Shown here: positions 1 through 10,094 of the stretch, in pieces
Layout: every line of letters starts with the position of its first letter
Position numbering within the stretch: position 1 is the first letter of the stretch
Source: a virus
Virus record (IMG/VR): IMGVR_UViG_3300000234_000002
Location: 1-64,000 of that record
Reading direction: 5' to 3' (one strand)
DNA length: 64,000 nucleotides
Program-made: the position numbers and the translations under genes
Notes under the pieces: model-generated
Database searches by the model: none
The model's input: the letters and a program-made list of their open reading frames with translations, nothing else
What the model was told of the DNA's origin: nothing

Positions 1-1415
1 AGTTTATAATCCACATAAAATCCATATCCGATTTGTAATGGGTCTTTTGAATTTTTCAAATTCCCTGAGAAAAACCCGCCACTACCAGAAGGAGTCGTAC
101 ATTTATAATTCAAAAATTCATTATCAATAGGAACGGTTGGAAGTATTAGGAAAGGAGATCCGCTTAAACTTCCACTTATAACTTGATCTTCTACGGAGTA
201 CACTTTATAGAAATCACTAACCTTTGGATATCCCATCCCATTTACAGAACTTCTTGTGAATTTAACGGAAGTTCCTTTGTCAACAAGAAGATTCCTACTT
301 ACCAGTTTAATATCCAGAAAGGGGAAGTTGGCGGCATCATTTGGATTTACATAAAGATTACCGCTATTTTTATCAATATAGGCAAAACCTTCTGGGGGTT
401 GAGAAATGGAGTCAACAAAAACTAGAGTTAAATAATATCTTCCAGAATTTGAATTTATGAAGCAGTAATAATCATCACTCGACCCATTTATAAGGTCAAC
501 GTTAGCCCCAACAGGTGTTGGGTAAGCAATTGTTGCTCCCATCAAGATGGAATTTAGAGAAAGTTCACCTAAACAACAGCCATCATAAAAAACATCTACA
601 CCAAGATTTGAGCCAACATCATTACTGGAAAAAACAACTTTCCCGGAACTTATAGAAAAAACAACTTCCCCAGAATTTGGGGTATACAAAGCTTGATCGT
701 CGTTTACTTGTATTGATTTTAAATGTAATTTGTTACCCATTCTTATCTGAGGTATTTGATGAGAAGATGGAATAGGATTTAAGTATAAATCATATGAAAC
801 TCCAGAGGATATAGGAAAAGACCCGATTTTCCCATCAACTCTGGATCTGTCGTAAAAAGTCTGAGCAGATAAATATAAATCGTTTGAAACAAGTATTTGG
901 TTATTCAGGTCATCTTCACTAAAGTTAAGGTTACCAGTTTCTCGGCTTATCTGAACCTGACCACTCGATAATATAGTGAATTCATCATTCGACGACACAA
1001 CAGAATAAGAAAAAGTAATAATTCTATTTATCAAACCAATATAAAGGTCATATCTAGACTCAGTTGGGCTTACATCCAAATCCGGAACTGGAACAGTAAT
1101 TCTGGGTTCGTTTGATATTTTTCCAAGTTTTTTGGGAATGGTTCCAGGATTTAATCCCCATCTTCTATTAAAACCATCCCAACTAAAACGTTGAATTGTG
1201 TTGTTGTTTCTCGACCAAAGAAATTTAAGATCTGGGGACCCTATGTCATAATCATTTAGATTTCCGCTTATGTATATTAAATACTCAGATCTGGATTCAT
1301 TGGCTTCAAAAGCCGTATCATCTGATATAAAATTATCAGGAGGGTAAGTAAGAGGGTTGTTTGATGTGGCTATTCGAATTCCTTCTAACAAGGAGCCACT
1401 TACATCAAGAGCCAT
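1..1415 (-). CDS. large virion structural protein (baseplate/tail-associated), partial: runs off the left edge
   Basis: Missing from the ORF track because it has no stop in the window. ATG at 1415 reads MALDVSGSLLEGIRIATSNNPLTYPPDNF and the same frame reads ...GFYVDYK at the edge (ends checked by hand). Follows the spike genes on the same strand. Confidence 0.7.
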   Translation of the reverse strand, partial: MALDVSGSLLEGIRIATSNNPLTYPPDNFISDDTAFEANESRSEYLIYISGNLNDYDIGSPDLKFLWSRNNNTIQRFSWDGFNRRWGLNPGTIPKKLGKISNEPRITVPVPDLDVSPTESRYDLYIGLINRIITFSYSVVSSNDEFTILSSGQVQISRETGNLNFSEDDLNNQILVSNDLYLSAQTFYDRSRVDGKIGSFPISSGVSYDLYLNPIPSSHQIPQIRMGNKLHLKSIQVNDDQALYTPNSGEVVFSISSGKVVFSSNDVGSNLGVDVFYDGCCLGELSLNSILMGATIAYPTPVGANVDLINGSSDDYYCFINSNSGRYYLTLVFVDSISQPPEGFAYIDKNSGNLYVNPNDAANFPFLDIKLVSRNLLVDKGTSVKFTRSSVNGMGYPKVSDFYKVYSVEDQVISGSLSGSPFLILPTVPIDNEFLNYKCTTPSGSGGFFSGNLKNSKDPLQIGYGFYVDYK

Positions 1416-1420
1416 GAATT

Positions 1421-1426
1421 ACGTTA
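1421..1426 (-). promoter_or_regulatory. -10-like box (gTAACGT) 5 nt upstream of ATG, leaderless type
   Basis: Minus strand attgTAACGTaattcATG; same geometry recurs at many genes. Confidence 0.45.
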
Positions 1427-1435
1427 CAATTAAAG

Positions 1436-2005
1436 TTAAAATATTGTACCTATACCACCACCAGAACCTGGTAAAGGACTAGGAGGGCCAGCTATTATTA
1501 AAGGCGAAACTGTAAGAGGAAGAGTTGTATCTAAAGATAAAGCAATGGCGTTTGCAAGCTGAAATGAAAAAATACCAGAAATACCAGAACTTATAAAAGA
1601 AGATGTAAAAACTGGGACAGAAATTAAAGAATTTGGTGTTATACTGGAAACACCAGTCCCGACGCCAACACCTGCTGATATTGTTGATATCTGAGATACA
1701 CCAAAAGCTTGAATTATTCCATTTGATATTTCAAGAGCGAGTTTCGGTGAGCTTATACCAATAAGTCCATTTGCTACGAAAAATGATATCATGGTTGGTA
1801 TCAAGGTAGGAGAAATAGGAAATCCGAATCCGGTCCCAACACCAGCTCCTAAAGTACCAACATTAACTGAAGTCACAATGAGATTAGACTTGTAAATAAA
1901 TAATGAATTCGCAAGAGCATTTACAAGTTGTGTTTTTGAAGGACCAATATTAGAAGATAAATTGATATCAAAGATGTTCCTGAGCGTTATTAAATCCATT
2001 GCCAT
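1436..2005 (-). CDS. Gly-rich baseplate/spike-associated protein
   Basis: 189 aa, two GxGVGTG repeats, 3 bp downstream of the spike gene. Confidence 0.55.
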   Translation of the reverse strand: MAMDLITLRNIFDINLSSNIGPSKTQLVNALANSLFIYKSNLIVTSVNVGTLGAGVGTGFGFPISPTLIPTMISFFVANGLIGISSPKLALEISNGIIQAFGVSQISTISAGVGVGTGVSSITPNSLISVPVFTSSFISSGISGIFSFQLANAIALSLDTTLPLTVSPLIIAGPPSPLPGSGGGIGTIF

Positions 2006-2008
2006 GGC

Positions 2009-4171
2009 TTATCCTATATTAATAGTTGGAATACCTAAGAGTGGTAAACCAGTTAAATAGTCTAGAGCAGGAGCTGGAGGACCGGGAACTCCAGCAACTG
2101 CAAAACCGACAGCAGTTAAACCTATTTGAGTGAAAGGTGCTTTTATTATGTTAGAAACGCCAGCTGTTATAGTATTTGTTAACGAAGAATTTAAAGAAAC
2201 TGGACCAGCAGCACAGTTCAAAGATATTGAACCAGCTGTTACGTTCACCGAGTAAACACCAGCTCCAACAGTGTTTGACATTGAACCGGCAGCAACTGAA
2301 TTTGACATTGAACCGGCAGCAACTGAATTTGACATTGAACCGGCAGCAACAGTATAACTGTACGAACCAACTAGCATGTTGGTAGTATCAAAACCAGCCA
2401 GTATATTGACTTGTCTCCCAAGTGCAAAGGTAGATGTTTTTAATTGAGCAAGCTGCTCTTGAGTTTTACCTAAAACAGTGCAAGATTCATCACCAGCAAC
2501 AACTCTTTTATTTCCACCGACCCCTATATTTAAAGAAAAAGAAGTCGCTCTTATGGCTTTTTCCCCGCCAATATCTTCAGAAAAACTACCACCTACATAT
2601 TTTAACTCGGATCCGGAAATCTTTGTGGAAACCGAACCGTTATAAGTATCATCTGAAGCAACACCAGAAGGGTCGCCACCATCAAATGTCTTCTTGATCT
2701 TTCCAGCAAGTTTTAAATTTATGCTATTACCATCAGCAAGTTTTCCTATCTCTATATTCATGCCGCCTAAAAATCTGGCATCAACTGAAGCGTTACTTGA
2801 GTTGGGGTCAGATCCAACCACCATTTTTATTAAGCCAGCTATGCTGGCTTCAACAGATTTGCCTTTTTGTTCAGAGCTTCCAGCTAAAGTTTTAGGGATA
2901 TAAAGTAAAACTTTTCCTTCTTTAGTAACGCCAAAAGCATATTGGTTTGAACTGTTTGGACTAAGAACTCTATAAAGTCTAGCTAAAGAAATACTATCCA
3001 TTATCCCAAGATTTTGAACAGTATCTACGGCTTCAAAAATAGGACCATTTGACAAAGACCTTTGATATGGGGAGTTAAATATTTTCATTGAAAGAACACG
3101 TTTATATAGTGTCCTCCCAGACTCTGAATGAAAGTCGTTACCAACAATTGTTCCGTGAACGTCTTCTATGAATACAGGATAAGGAGGATCAATCTGGAAT
3201 CCGTCACCTTCTTCTGTGACGGCCATTACCCCATCAGACAAATGACGAATTTCTTTTCTATCTTCAACATAACAAAGAGGATTTGAGTCAAAACCGGAAG
3301 TTGGTTCACCATGAACTACGTAAGAAATGTGCTGACCATCAGCAGTTACGACAGGAGGATAAAAAGGACTAGTCGGGTCATCAATAAAATTTCGAGTTCC
3401 ATCTTGTTTTATTAAACCAAATTGATATAATGTTGAATACGCAGGATTGTCTTGACTAATTTTATCCGGAATAGAACCATCAGGATTGCTCGGATAGAGG
3501 TCAGGAAGTAAGTTGAAAGCATTTCTCTTTATAAGACCTCTTCTATAATAGCCAGCGGCATTACTTGAAAATTCATTTATCGTCTGAAGGATGGAAGTTT
3601 GGTCAGAGTCACGAAGTCTAAATTCAACACCAGATCTGTTCGTGAAATAAACGTCCCTATCAAGTATGAAATCAGATCCGCTGCTTGAGGAAGATAAATA
3701 GTCTCCAGAGTAAACTTTTCTATTCTTAAGTCTTGTGATACCTAAATTAATTCCTGGATCGTCGTCAAAACTCGGATATCTATCTTTTAAAAGTTTAGCC
3801 TCTTCCAGTGATAAACTTGAAAAAGGTTCAAAATCTCGGGCCATATAAATGGCCGGAGTTAAATACTCAATTATGTAGGGTTTAAAAGAGCGGTCCCCAA
3901 ACTTTTTCCATCCGAGGATAACTTTGCTATTATTCTCTGGCATTACTCCGGACCAGCTACGCGGTCCGGAGCCTCCTGGTGCGGTTATAGGAACGTCGTG
4001 ATATTCACCCCATCCGGAATCAAGTCTGATTGAACAGACCATAGTTTCATAGTCAATATGTGTGATTCGGCCAGCCCAAAGATAAGCTTTAGCATCACGA
4101 GCCTCATTGGTTTGACTTTTATGCCCACCTATAAATCGGGGATCCGGATGCGGATAGACAGGCTTTTTCAT
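2009..4171 (-). CDS. baseplate central spike (gp5/VgrG-like)
   Basis: N-terminal OB-fold-like segment (GRITHIDY..CSIRL..GVMPE..KVILGW); C-terminal short-period beta-helix repeats (SMSNSVAAG); next to hub gene. Confidence 0.75.
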   Translation of the reverse strand: MKKPVYPHPDPRFIGGHKSQTNEARDAKAYLWAGRITHIDYETMVCSIRLDSGWGEYHDVPITAPGGSGPRSWSGVMPENNSKVILGWKKFGDRSFKPYIIEYLTPAIYMARDFEPFSSLSLEEAKLLKDRYPSFDDDPGINLGITRLKNRKVYSGDYLSSSSSGSDFILDRDVYFTNRSGVEFRLRDSDQTSILQTINEFSSNAAGYYRRGLIKRNAFNLLPDLYPSNPDGSIPDKISQDNPAYSTLYQFGLIKQDGTRNFIDDPTSPFYPPVVTADGQHISYVVHGEPTSGFDSNPLCYVEDRKEIRHLSDGVMAVTEEGDGFQIDPPYPVFIEDVHGTIVGNDFHSESGRTLYKRVLSMKIFNSPYQRSLSNGPIFEAVDTVQNLGIMDSISLARLYRVLSPNSSNQYAFGVTKEGKVLLYIPKTLAGSSEQKGKSVEASIAGLIKMVVGSDPNSSNASVDARFLGGMNIEIGKLADGNSINLKLAGKIKKTFDGGDPSGVASDDTYNGSVSTKISGSELKYVGGSFSEDIGGEKAIRATSFSLNIGVGGNKRVVAGDESCTVLGKTQEQLAQLKTSTFALGRQVNILAGFDTTNMLVGSYSYTVAAGSMSNSVAAGSMSNSVAAGSMSNTVGAGVYSVNVTAGSISLNCAAGPVSLNSSLTNTITAGVSNIIKAPFTQIGLTAVGFAVAGVPGPPAPALDYLTGLPLLGIPTINIG
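2274..2350. repeat. 27-bp perfect tandem repeat (~2.9 copies) coding spike beta-helix units
   Basis: tttgacattgaaccggcagcaactgaa at 2274 and 2301, partial at 2328. Confidence 0.95.
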
Positions 4172-4191
4172 TCCTTACAATACGAACAATG

Positions 4192-4197
4192 TAAAGT
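4192..4197 (+). promoter_or_regulatory. -10-like box (gTAAAGT) 5 nt upstream of ATG 4203; a divergent box gTATTGT at 4177-4182 serves the spike gene
   Basis: aatgTAAAGTttagtATG on +; ttcgTATTGTaaggaATG on -. Confidence 0.5.
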
Positions 4198-4202
4198 TTA
4201 GT

Positions 4203-4589
4203 ATGCTAATACAAGTTGAAAAACTCGATGGGTCGGATATAGAAAATGCTTCTTGGGTAACAAACAAAAATGTTGTATTCGATAAAAATTCATTTTTCTT
4301 TTTGACTTTAGATCTGAATGAAGAAAATTCGTTAAAAATAAAGAATTATATAAGTAAAACAAGGGTGTCTGGAATTGCATTAATTGGAGAAGAAATAAAT
4401 TTAAGAACTATAATGGATTCAGTCAACCACATGTACAGTATCAAAAATAATGAAATTGAAATGATTCTTAACCTAAAACCAATAAACAAAAGCGTTGAAC
4501 AAATTATATGTTATTTATGCTCACCAAACCAATGTGATAGCACTTTCCTTAAACATCTTGATAGTAAAAATTCTATAGAGAACCTCTAG
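4203..4589 (+). CDS. hypothetical protein
   Basis: 128-aa ORF filling the gap between spike and hub genes; has the upstream box. Confidence 0.55.
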   Translation: MLIQVEKLDGSDIENASWVTNKNVVFDKNSFFFLTLDLNEENSLKIKNYISKTRVSGIALIGEEINLRTIMDSVNHMYSIKNNEIEMILNLKPINKSVEQIICYLCSPNQCDSTFLKHLDSKNSIENL

Positions 4590-7500
4590 GAACGAATTCT
4601 AAATTACTACCAGCCGAGTTAAATTTAGTCGGGTTTATAGGATCAGCCAAAGTCGGAGAAGACGCAGGCTGCGGCTGAGTTCTCGGTGGGTTTGTCGTAA
4701 CCTGAACTGTAGGACCTCTTACCGAAACTCCACCATCAAAAGAAGTTCTTGCTTTTTCTTGAGCAGATGATGTTGTCTCTTTAAAGTTCGAAAGTGCGTT
4801 TTTGGTTAAACCAAATTGAAAATTCGCTTCATTTTGAAGAGCGCGTATGGCGTCAGGATCACCCAAAGACGCTCTATTAAACAAGGGATTTTTAGGATCG
4901 GGCAAGGTATTATCAACCTGAGTGTAAGGTTCAAATGGAACCTGGATATCTAAATCCCCAGCAGTAAATTTCTCTTCTCTCTTTGAGTTATACTCGTCAT
5001 AATTCTTCATAAACGTATTTTTCAAGAATTTTTCAAGTTCACCAAAAAACCCATCAGAAGTTATATTTGTGAGAAGAACGTTTCTCTCGATGGGTTTTTT
5101 AGGGTCTGCTTTCAAGATGCTTGAATATAAGCTATACTTTTGATCCCAAATGAGTTTGGTATCAGGGGTTGTGGTGGCCGCCAAACCCTCAGGACTATTA
5201 AGTTCATCAATTTGTCTTTGAGCTTCTTCTTTTGATATTAGTTCGGGAGATCCTTCAAGGGTGGAAGTGACCGTTTTATCGGAAGATCCGGCAGATTTTC
5301 CTGAAGACTGCGATATGATTTTCTCTATAAGAGTGCTGGGTAATAGTGTATACCAAGAAGTTCTACCTATACCACAAGAACATTTATTGCCAGCAAAAGC
5401 TGCAGAGAACTCACCCTTATTGATAGTTGGTTCCATTTCTTCAAGCTGGCGTGCTTTTCTTGTGGCATCAGCTTCTATATAAAGACCAACGCCTTTATTG
5501 GCATTCACTAAGTTAGTATAAGTCTGAGCGCTAGTAAGCTTGATTCCACTTATGGCATCCCCGGTCGTTCCAGTGAATGATGCACCTGTTATATAATCTT
5601 CCGGAACCATTTCCTCAAATTGCTGAGAAAAATTTAAAGAGTCTATCCCATTTATTCTCGACGGTTCTGTTAAAAGGCCAGAAGTTGGAGAAAATGGAAT
5701 AGTAAGACGATTTACTAATTTATCCCCATCTTTTACCTGAAGTTTACCTCTATCTATAAAAGCGCTTCTTCCATATCGATAATGACCTATAACTTCAAAA
5801 CCAAATTCATCAGATACTGGCCTTACTAAGATGTTAAGAGATGGTATAATTGAAAGTGATGAATTCTGGGATGTAAGTTCTTTATTTTTTGCCTCAATTT
5901 CAGAGGCTTCTTTTGTTGCTTTATCAAATTCAGCTTTAGTTAATTTTATTATATCTTTTAGTTTTTTCTCTTCCGGGGGGCTATCGTCAAATTCATAAAC
6001 TTCAATAGGTATATAAGCGATATTTGGATTGTTATCACCTCCAAGTTTTTCATACTCTTCTAGGCTAGTAGTAATTTTAGCATCAACATTTTTATTTTCT
6101 AAATTATTAATTATATAATCAGTTAAGTCATTCTTTGAAGGTGGCTTCTTAGGATTAGGGACTAATTTCCCGTGTTTTTGCTTCAAAGCTTGAAGTTGCT
6201 TTTCCAACTTCGAAAGCTTTGAGGATAAATCCTTTACAACTTTTTGTTTCTTTTTAAGATCTTCAGAAGTCTTCTTTATTTCAACATCTAAAGCTTTTCT
6301 TCTTTCTTGGTCTGTTTTATCAGACGTTACAACACCAGCAGTTGCGATTTGTCCATCAGGTGTTGAAAACAACTTTCTATTATTATCAGGCCCGCCATCA
6401 GTACCGGTTCCCCAAGCTATATAATTTGCAGGAATTAAAGTAAGTTCTTTAAATTTACGACTTTCGTCGTAAGCATAATCATAAGCTCCCATGTTGGTCA
6501 TCCCGGCTTCATAACGATGAGCACGGATTCTGCTTATGAGCTTTTCTTTATCCCCATAAACGAATTCTTTAAGAACGTCCCGAACGACGTTGTTATAATC
6601 ATTTGGAGTTCCTTCACTACTTTTTTGTTTACCACCTGCGTTTTTAGACTTGGAACTTCCTTTTGCTTCCAGAACTCTCGCAAGAACAGTTCCGTCGTAA
6701 GTCGAACGATAAACCATTACGACATTTGGATATCCCAATAATTTTCCAGTTTTAGGGTCACGAATTATAGCAGGCCCGCCATTTGAAGTTACAAGTTGAT
6801 CCTGTCCGCTTGAAGACCCAACGTCTCCTGGGAAAGTCACAGAATAAGAGTCATCTTCAACCTTAGGTCCAGCTTTACCATTCTCATTAACTGATGTTAC
6901 TGTTCTAGTCCCAGTTTTTTTGATAATTCCTATATTTTTTGGTGCTATGAATTTTGACCTTTTGGCAGTTAGAGTCAAAGTAGTAGTGGCGTCAGCACCA
7001 GGGCTATAGGAATGGGATATTCCCTGAATATAAAAGAAAGAATCATATTTGGGAATCCAAACCGGAAATCCCATTCGAAGTTCAGGCCTTAAAGGGACTG
7101 TAACAGTTCCATACTGTCGTTTGGAATTGAGTCTATCCATCCAGTCTAAAATATGGAAGAACAACTTTCTAGGATTTCCAGCCCATTCTAACTGAAGGTC
7201 AGCTCGTCTCCACCCATACCGCTTCAAAAGATGATAGTCGTAAACTCCGGTTCGAGGAGTAGTGATTTCATCATTCAGACCGTTATCCATCACGCCGCCA
7301 AATGCGTTACCAGAAGATGTAACATGAGTAACAACTTCAGCTTCGGAATCTGTAATAGAATCCTCTAATATATCAATATCATTTATCCAGCTGACAGGCT
7401 TATTAGCTAAAGTGTTTAAATTATAGAATGGTGGTTTGAATATGATATCGCCTGTTGTGTCACAATAAAATTCATAACCTATCTGATCTCTAGCTTGCAA

Positions 7501-8442
7501 AGCAAGAGACAGCTTGGTAACAGTGTCGTTCTGAAAGAACTCAACATCGCCTGCTCGTGAAAGTTCAATCTTAGCAGTTGCTACTTCTTTGTTATTTGAA
7601 TAAAGCAAAGTCGTAGACTGATTGCTTTGGAGTTTCTTATACTCCTGTTTAAATATTTCTGCCGAAATTTGATTCGGAGATACAGTCCCTTGAATACCAG
7701 AGAAGGAATAAGCTTGCCCTGAAGTTCCGAATAAAACTAAATTTGACTGAATATTTGAAAATTTAAGCTGCCAATAAGCCATCATATCTTTTGAATAAGA
7801 ACCAATAATTCCGGCTTCAGCTCCTCTTTCAGGAAGATAAGAAGTAAAAGAGCCTGTGGAAAGCAAAAAGTCACCCATAGCGTCACGTGCTAATTGGATG
7901 ATGGTTGTATATGGATTCTGTCCGGCGAACTGGTTTTGAAATAATTGATAGCCACCAGCGCTGGATCCAAAACCCGAAAGGAACGCGGGGTTTTGAGTTA
8001 CGTTAGTGAGTTCCCACCAACGAAGTATGTCTTTGCAGCTAACGCTTACTGTGGTAGTTCCGTTACTCCAACTTTGGGATACAGAACTCACCAAGCCCCA
8101 AAAAATTTTGTAATATTGAGGAATTCCTCCTACCATATAATATCCTTTAGCATATATTTCAACTTCCATCATAGGAATGATGATGAGCTGCCCGTCAACG
8201 AAAAATTGATTTACATCATTGTCTGGGATAGATAAATTGAAAGAAGCACTCCCTGGAGGAGAGTCTACTGAAGCTTCAGTTGTAATGCCAGTTATATAAT
8301 CGTTATAATTCACTTTTTTCTGACATTCACCACAACCTATAACAGAAGTCTCCCCTTGAAGAGAAACATAAGCATCAGCTGCGACTCTTATATAAGGTCT
8401 TTTATTTGCATCCCAAGTGTTTTTAAAAGCAGACTGTCTCAT
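4573..8442 (-). CDS. baseplate hub protein (gp27/gpD-like) with coiled-coil and C-terminal extension
   Basis: Hub-type motifs (SASFNLS, EVEIYAKG, FWGLVSSV, SCKDILR, YEFYCDTTGDIIFKPP, RPELRMGFPV, FYIQGISHS); position between tape measure and spike. Confidence 0.75.
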   Translation of the reverse strand: MRQSAFKNTWDANKRPYIRVAADAYVSLQGETSVIGCGECQKKVNYNDYITGITTEASVDSPPGSASFNLSIPDNDVNQFFVDGQLIIIPMMEVEIYAKGYYMVGGIPQYYKIFWGLVSSVSQSWSNGTTTVSVSCKDILRWWELTNVTQNPAFLSGFGSSAGGYQLFQNQFAGQNPYTTIIQLARDAMGDFLLSTGSFTSYLPERGAEAGIIGSYSKDMMAYWQLKFSNIQSNLVLFGTSGQAYSFSGIQGTVSPNQISAEIFKQEYKKLQSNQSTTLLYSNNKEVATAKIELSRAGDVEFFQNDTVTKLSLALQARDQIGYEFYCDTTGDIIFKPPFYNLNTLANKPVSWINDIDILEDSITDSEAEVVTHVTSSGNAFGGVMDNGLNDEITTPRTGVYDYHLLKRYGWRRADLQLEWAGNPRKLFFHILDWMDRLNSKRQYGTVTVPLRPELRMGFPVWIPKYDSFFYIQGISHSYSPGADATTTLTLTAKRSKFIAPKNIGIIKKTGTRTVTSVNENGKAGPKVEDDSYSVTFPGDVGSSSGQDQLVTSNGGPAIIRDPKTGKLLGYPNVVMVYRSTYDGTVLARVLEAKGSSKSKNAGGKQKSSEGTPNDYNNVVRDVLKEFVYGDKEKLISRIRAHRYEAGMTNMGAYDYAYDESRKFKELTLIPANYIAWGTGTDGGPDNNRKLFSTPDGQIATAGVVTSDKTDQERRKALDVEIKKTSEDLKKKQKVVKDLSSKLSKLEKQLQALKQKHGKLVPNPKKPPSKNDLTDYIINNLENKNVDAKITTSLEEYEKLGGDNNPNIAYIPIEVYEFDDSPPEEKKLKDIIKLTKAEFDKATKEASEIEAKNKELTSQNSSLSIIPSLNILVRPVSDEFGFEVIGHYRYGRSAFIDRGKLQVKDGDKLVNRLTIPFSPTSGLLTEPSRINGIDSLNFSQQFEEMVPEDYITGASFTGTTGDAISGIKLTSAQTYTNLVNANKGVGLYIEADATRKARQLEEMEPTINKGEFSAAFAGNKCSCGIGRTSWYTLLPSTLIEKIISQSSGKSAGSSDKTVTSTLEGSPELISKEEAQRQIDELNSPEGLAATTTPDTKLIWDQKYSLYSSILKADPKKPIERNVLLTNITSDGFFGELEKFLKNTFMKNYDEYNSKREEKFTAGDLDIQVPFEPYTQVDNTLPDPKNPLFNRASLGDPDAIRALQNEANFQFGLTKNALSNFKETTSSAQEKARTSFDGGVSVRGPTVQVTTNPPRTQPQPASSPTLADPINPTKFNSAGSNLEFVPRGSL

Positions 8443-8445
8443 GAT

Positions 8446-10092
8446 TCACCTAATTGAAGGGAGTAAAGATTGATTTGCTTCGATTTCGTACATAACATTG
8501 AATTTAAAACTATACTCCATACTATGAGGTCTATCCGCACTGTCAGTTATTGAAAAATCTAAGAATGAACCTATGTAAATCTTTCCATCATAATAAATGA
8601 ATATGCTCATTGGTATAAGTCGTATACCAGAATTTGTAGAACCGGCTTTTGGTCCTGCAAATATATAACCATTATTTTTATAAATTTTAACCAAACTCAT
8701 CAAATTCTGATACGCTAAACTTCGAACCCTCCGGAGATTCGAAAGGCCACCATTCCCAGCGGCGTCCATGGCATAAAAAGCAGCGGTCGATCCTGAACAC
8801 TGAATGGTCATTGGCTGTTCGAGCCAACTATGAATAACAGTAGTTCTTCTCGTCTTAGCCTTATCTATTGTGTGAGTGAAAGATTTATCAAAGTCTTTGG
8901 GATTGACAAGCAACGCCAGAGGCGGAGTTGACTGGAAAATTTTAATTTGTTCTTTAACTTCATTCAGATAATCTTGATTTGACCTATACTTTCTACCATC
9001 AAGAACTTTGCGGATATTACGACCCGGAGTTGCAGCTAAGGGATCATCAGACTCTAAATCTGTGACTCCACCTGAAGTCATGATACTGAAAGGTGGTGGT
9101 AAGGGGCCCTTCGTGCCTTTTTCTGGCGGTTTAGAATTAGCAGCCGGATTAGATGGGGATGCCTTAAGACCAAGTTTTTGTTGGGCAAGAACAGCGCCAG
9201 CAGTAACATTTCTTATGTATCTTGAGACCGGAGCTTCATAATAACCATATTTTGATTCTTTTCCGTCAGAACCTAATCTACCAGGGTACTCCGGAAATTT
9301 ATCTGGTCTTAAAGCTTTTGCGTACTCTTCAGGTGTTTGGGCATTTAAAATTCCTGGCCATCCAGAAACAGTATTTTGGAGCCAAGAACCAACTGCATCT
9401 TCTAAGGATCCATAAGATCTGAAATAAACTGGATACCAGTTACTGTTAGAATCACTATCAACAGTCAAATAGTAACTCCCACCACTCGGAAGAGGCGGCG
9501 GTTTTGACCAATTTGCAGGAACATTTTGTGGTGAAGGGCCAGGGGCTTTTGTTGGATTAGAGAAAGACCCACCACCACTGGCGTGGACAGCACCTATATT
9601 GAAGTTCTGACAACCAAATCTTCCTGATGGTTTATCACCGCCACCAGATTCAGCATTAATGTTACCTATCATAAGAGGAACTAAACGATTAATATCATTA
9701 TTACTAAAACCATTTTGTTTAAGAATTTTAATAAATAAAGCGGATAAATCTTCAATTCCGAAATTTGTTTGTACCTTTGGTTGTAAACCATCTTTTCTTT
9801 CACCACTAGTAAAAGCTATCGAAACACGTCCAATATCAGAAGGTTGTGAATTTTCAGAACCAGAAGAAGGAATTCCAAATTTATCATAAATATTTTCAGT
9901 TAAGATAAAATCAACTAATTGGTCAGGAGGAATAAATCCAATTATAAATGGCTTTAACTGCTTGGCTCCAGTAAGAGTTCTGTAGTTTCCGTCTTCTCTC
10001 TGGTCGTATGAAATGTTACCAGGACCATATGAATCTTTCAAAAATCTTGTTAGATTTGAAGTATACTGAGATAAATTATTGTAGAATTCCAT
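8446..10092 (-). CDS. tail-associated protein: putative GH73/lysozyme-like domain plus C-terminal tube-like baseplate domain
   Basis: NAESGG...NFNIGAV...YFRSYGSLEDAV...YYEA resembles the glucosaminidase pattern; C-terminus (LLVNPKDF..WLEQPMTIQCSGST..YIGSFLDFSITD..MEYSFKF) resembles the adjacent tube-initiator-like gene. Confidence 0.55.
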   Translation of the reverse strand: MEFYNNLSQYTSNLTRFLKDSYGPGNISYDQREDGNYRTLTGAKQLKPFIIGFIPPDQLVDFILTENIYDKFGIPSSGSENSQPSDIGRVSIAFTSGERKDGLQPKVQTNFGIEDLSALFIKILKQNGFSNNDINRLVPLMIGNINAESGGGDKPSGRFGCQNFNIGAVHASGGGSFSNPTKAPGPSPQNVPANWSKPPPLPSGGSYYLTVDSDSNSNWYPVYFRSYGSLEDAVGSWLQNTVSGWPGILNAQTPEEYAKALRPDKFPEYPGRLGSDGKESKYGYYEAPVSRYIRNVTAGAVLAQQKLGLKASPSNPAANSKPPEKGTKGPLPPPFSIMTSGGVTDLESDDPLAATPGRNIRKVLDGRKYRSNQDYLNEVKEQIKIFQSTPPLALLVNPKDFDKSFTHTIDKAKTRRTTVIHSWLEQPMTIQCSGSTAAFYAMDAAGNGGLSNLRRVRSLAYQNLMSLVKIYKNNGYIFAGPKAGSTNSGIRLIPMSIFIYYDGKIYIGSFLDFSITDSADRPHSMEYSFKFNVMYEIEANQSLLPSIR

Positions 10093-10094
10093 CT

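Noticed and set aside
183-425. 80-aa + strand ORF
   Set aside because: Antisense to the truncated minus-strand structural gene that starts at 1415.
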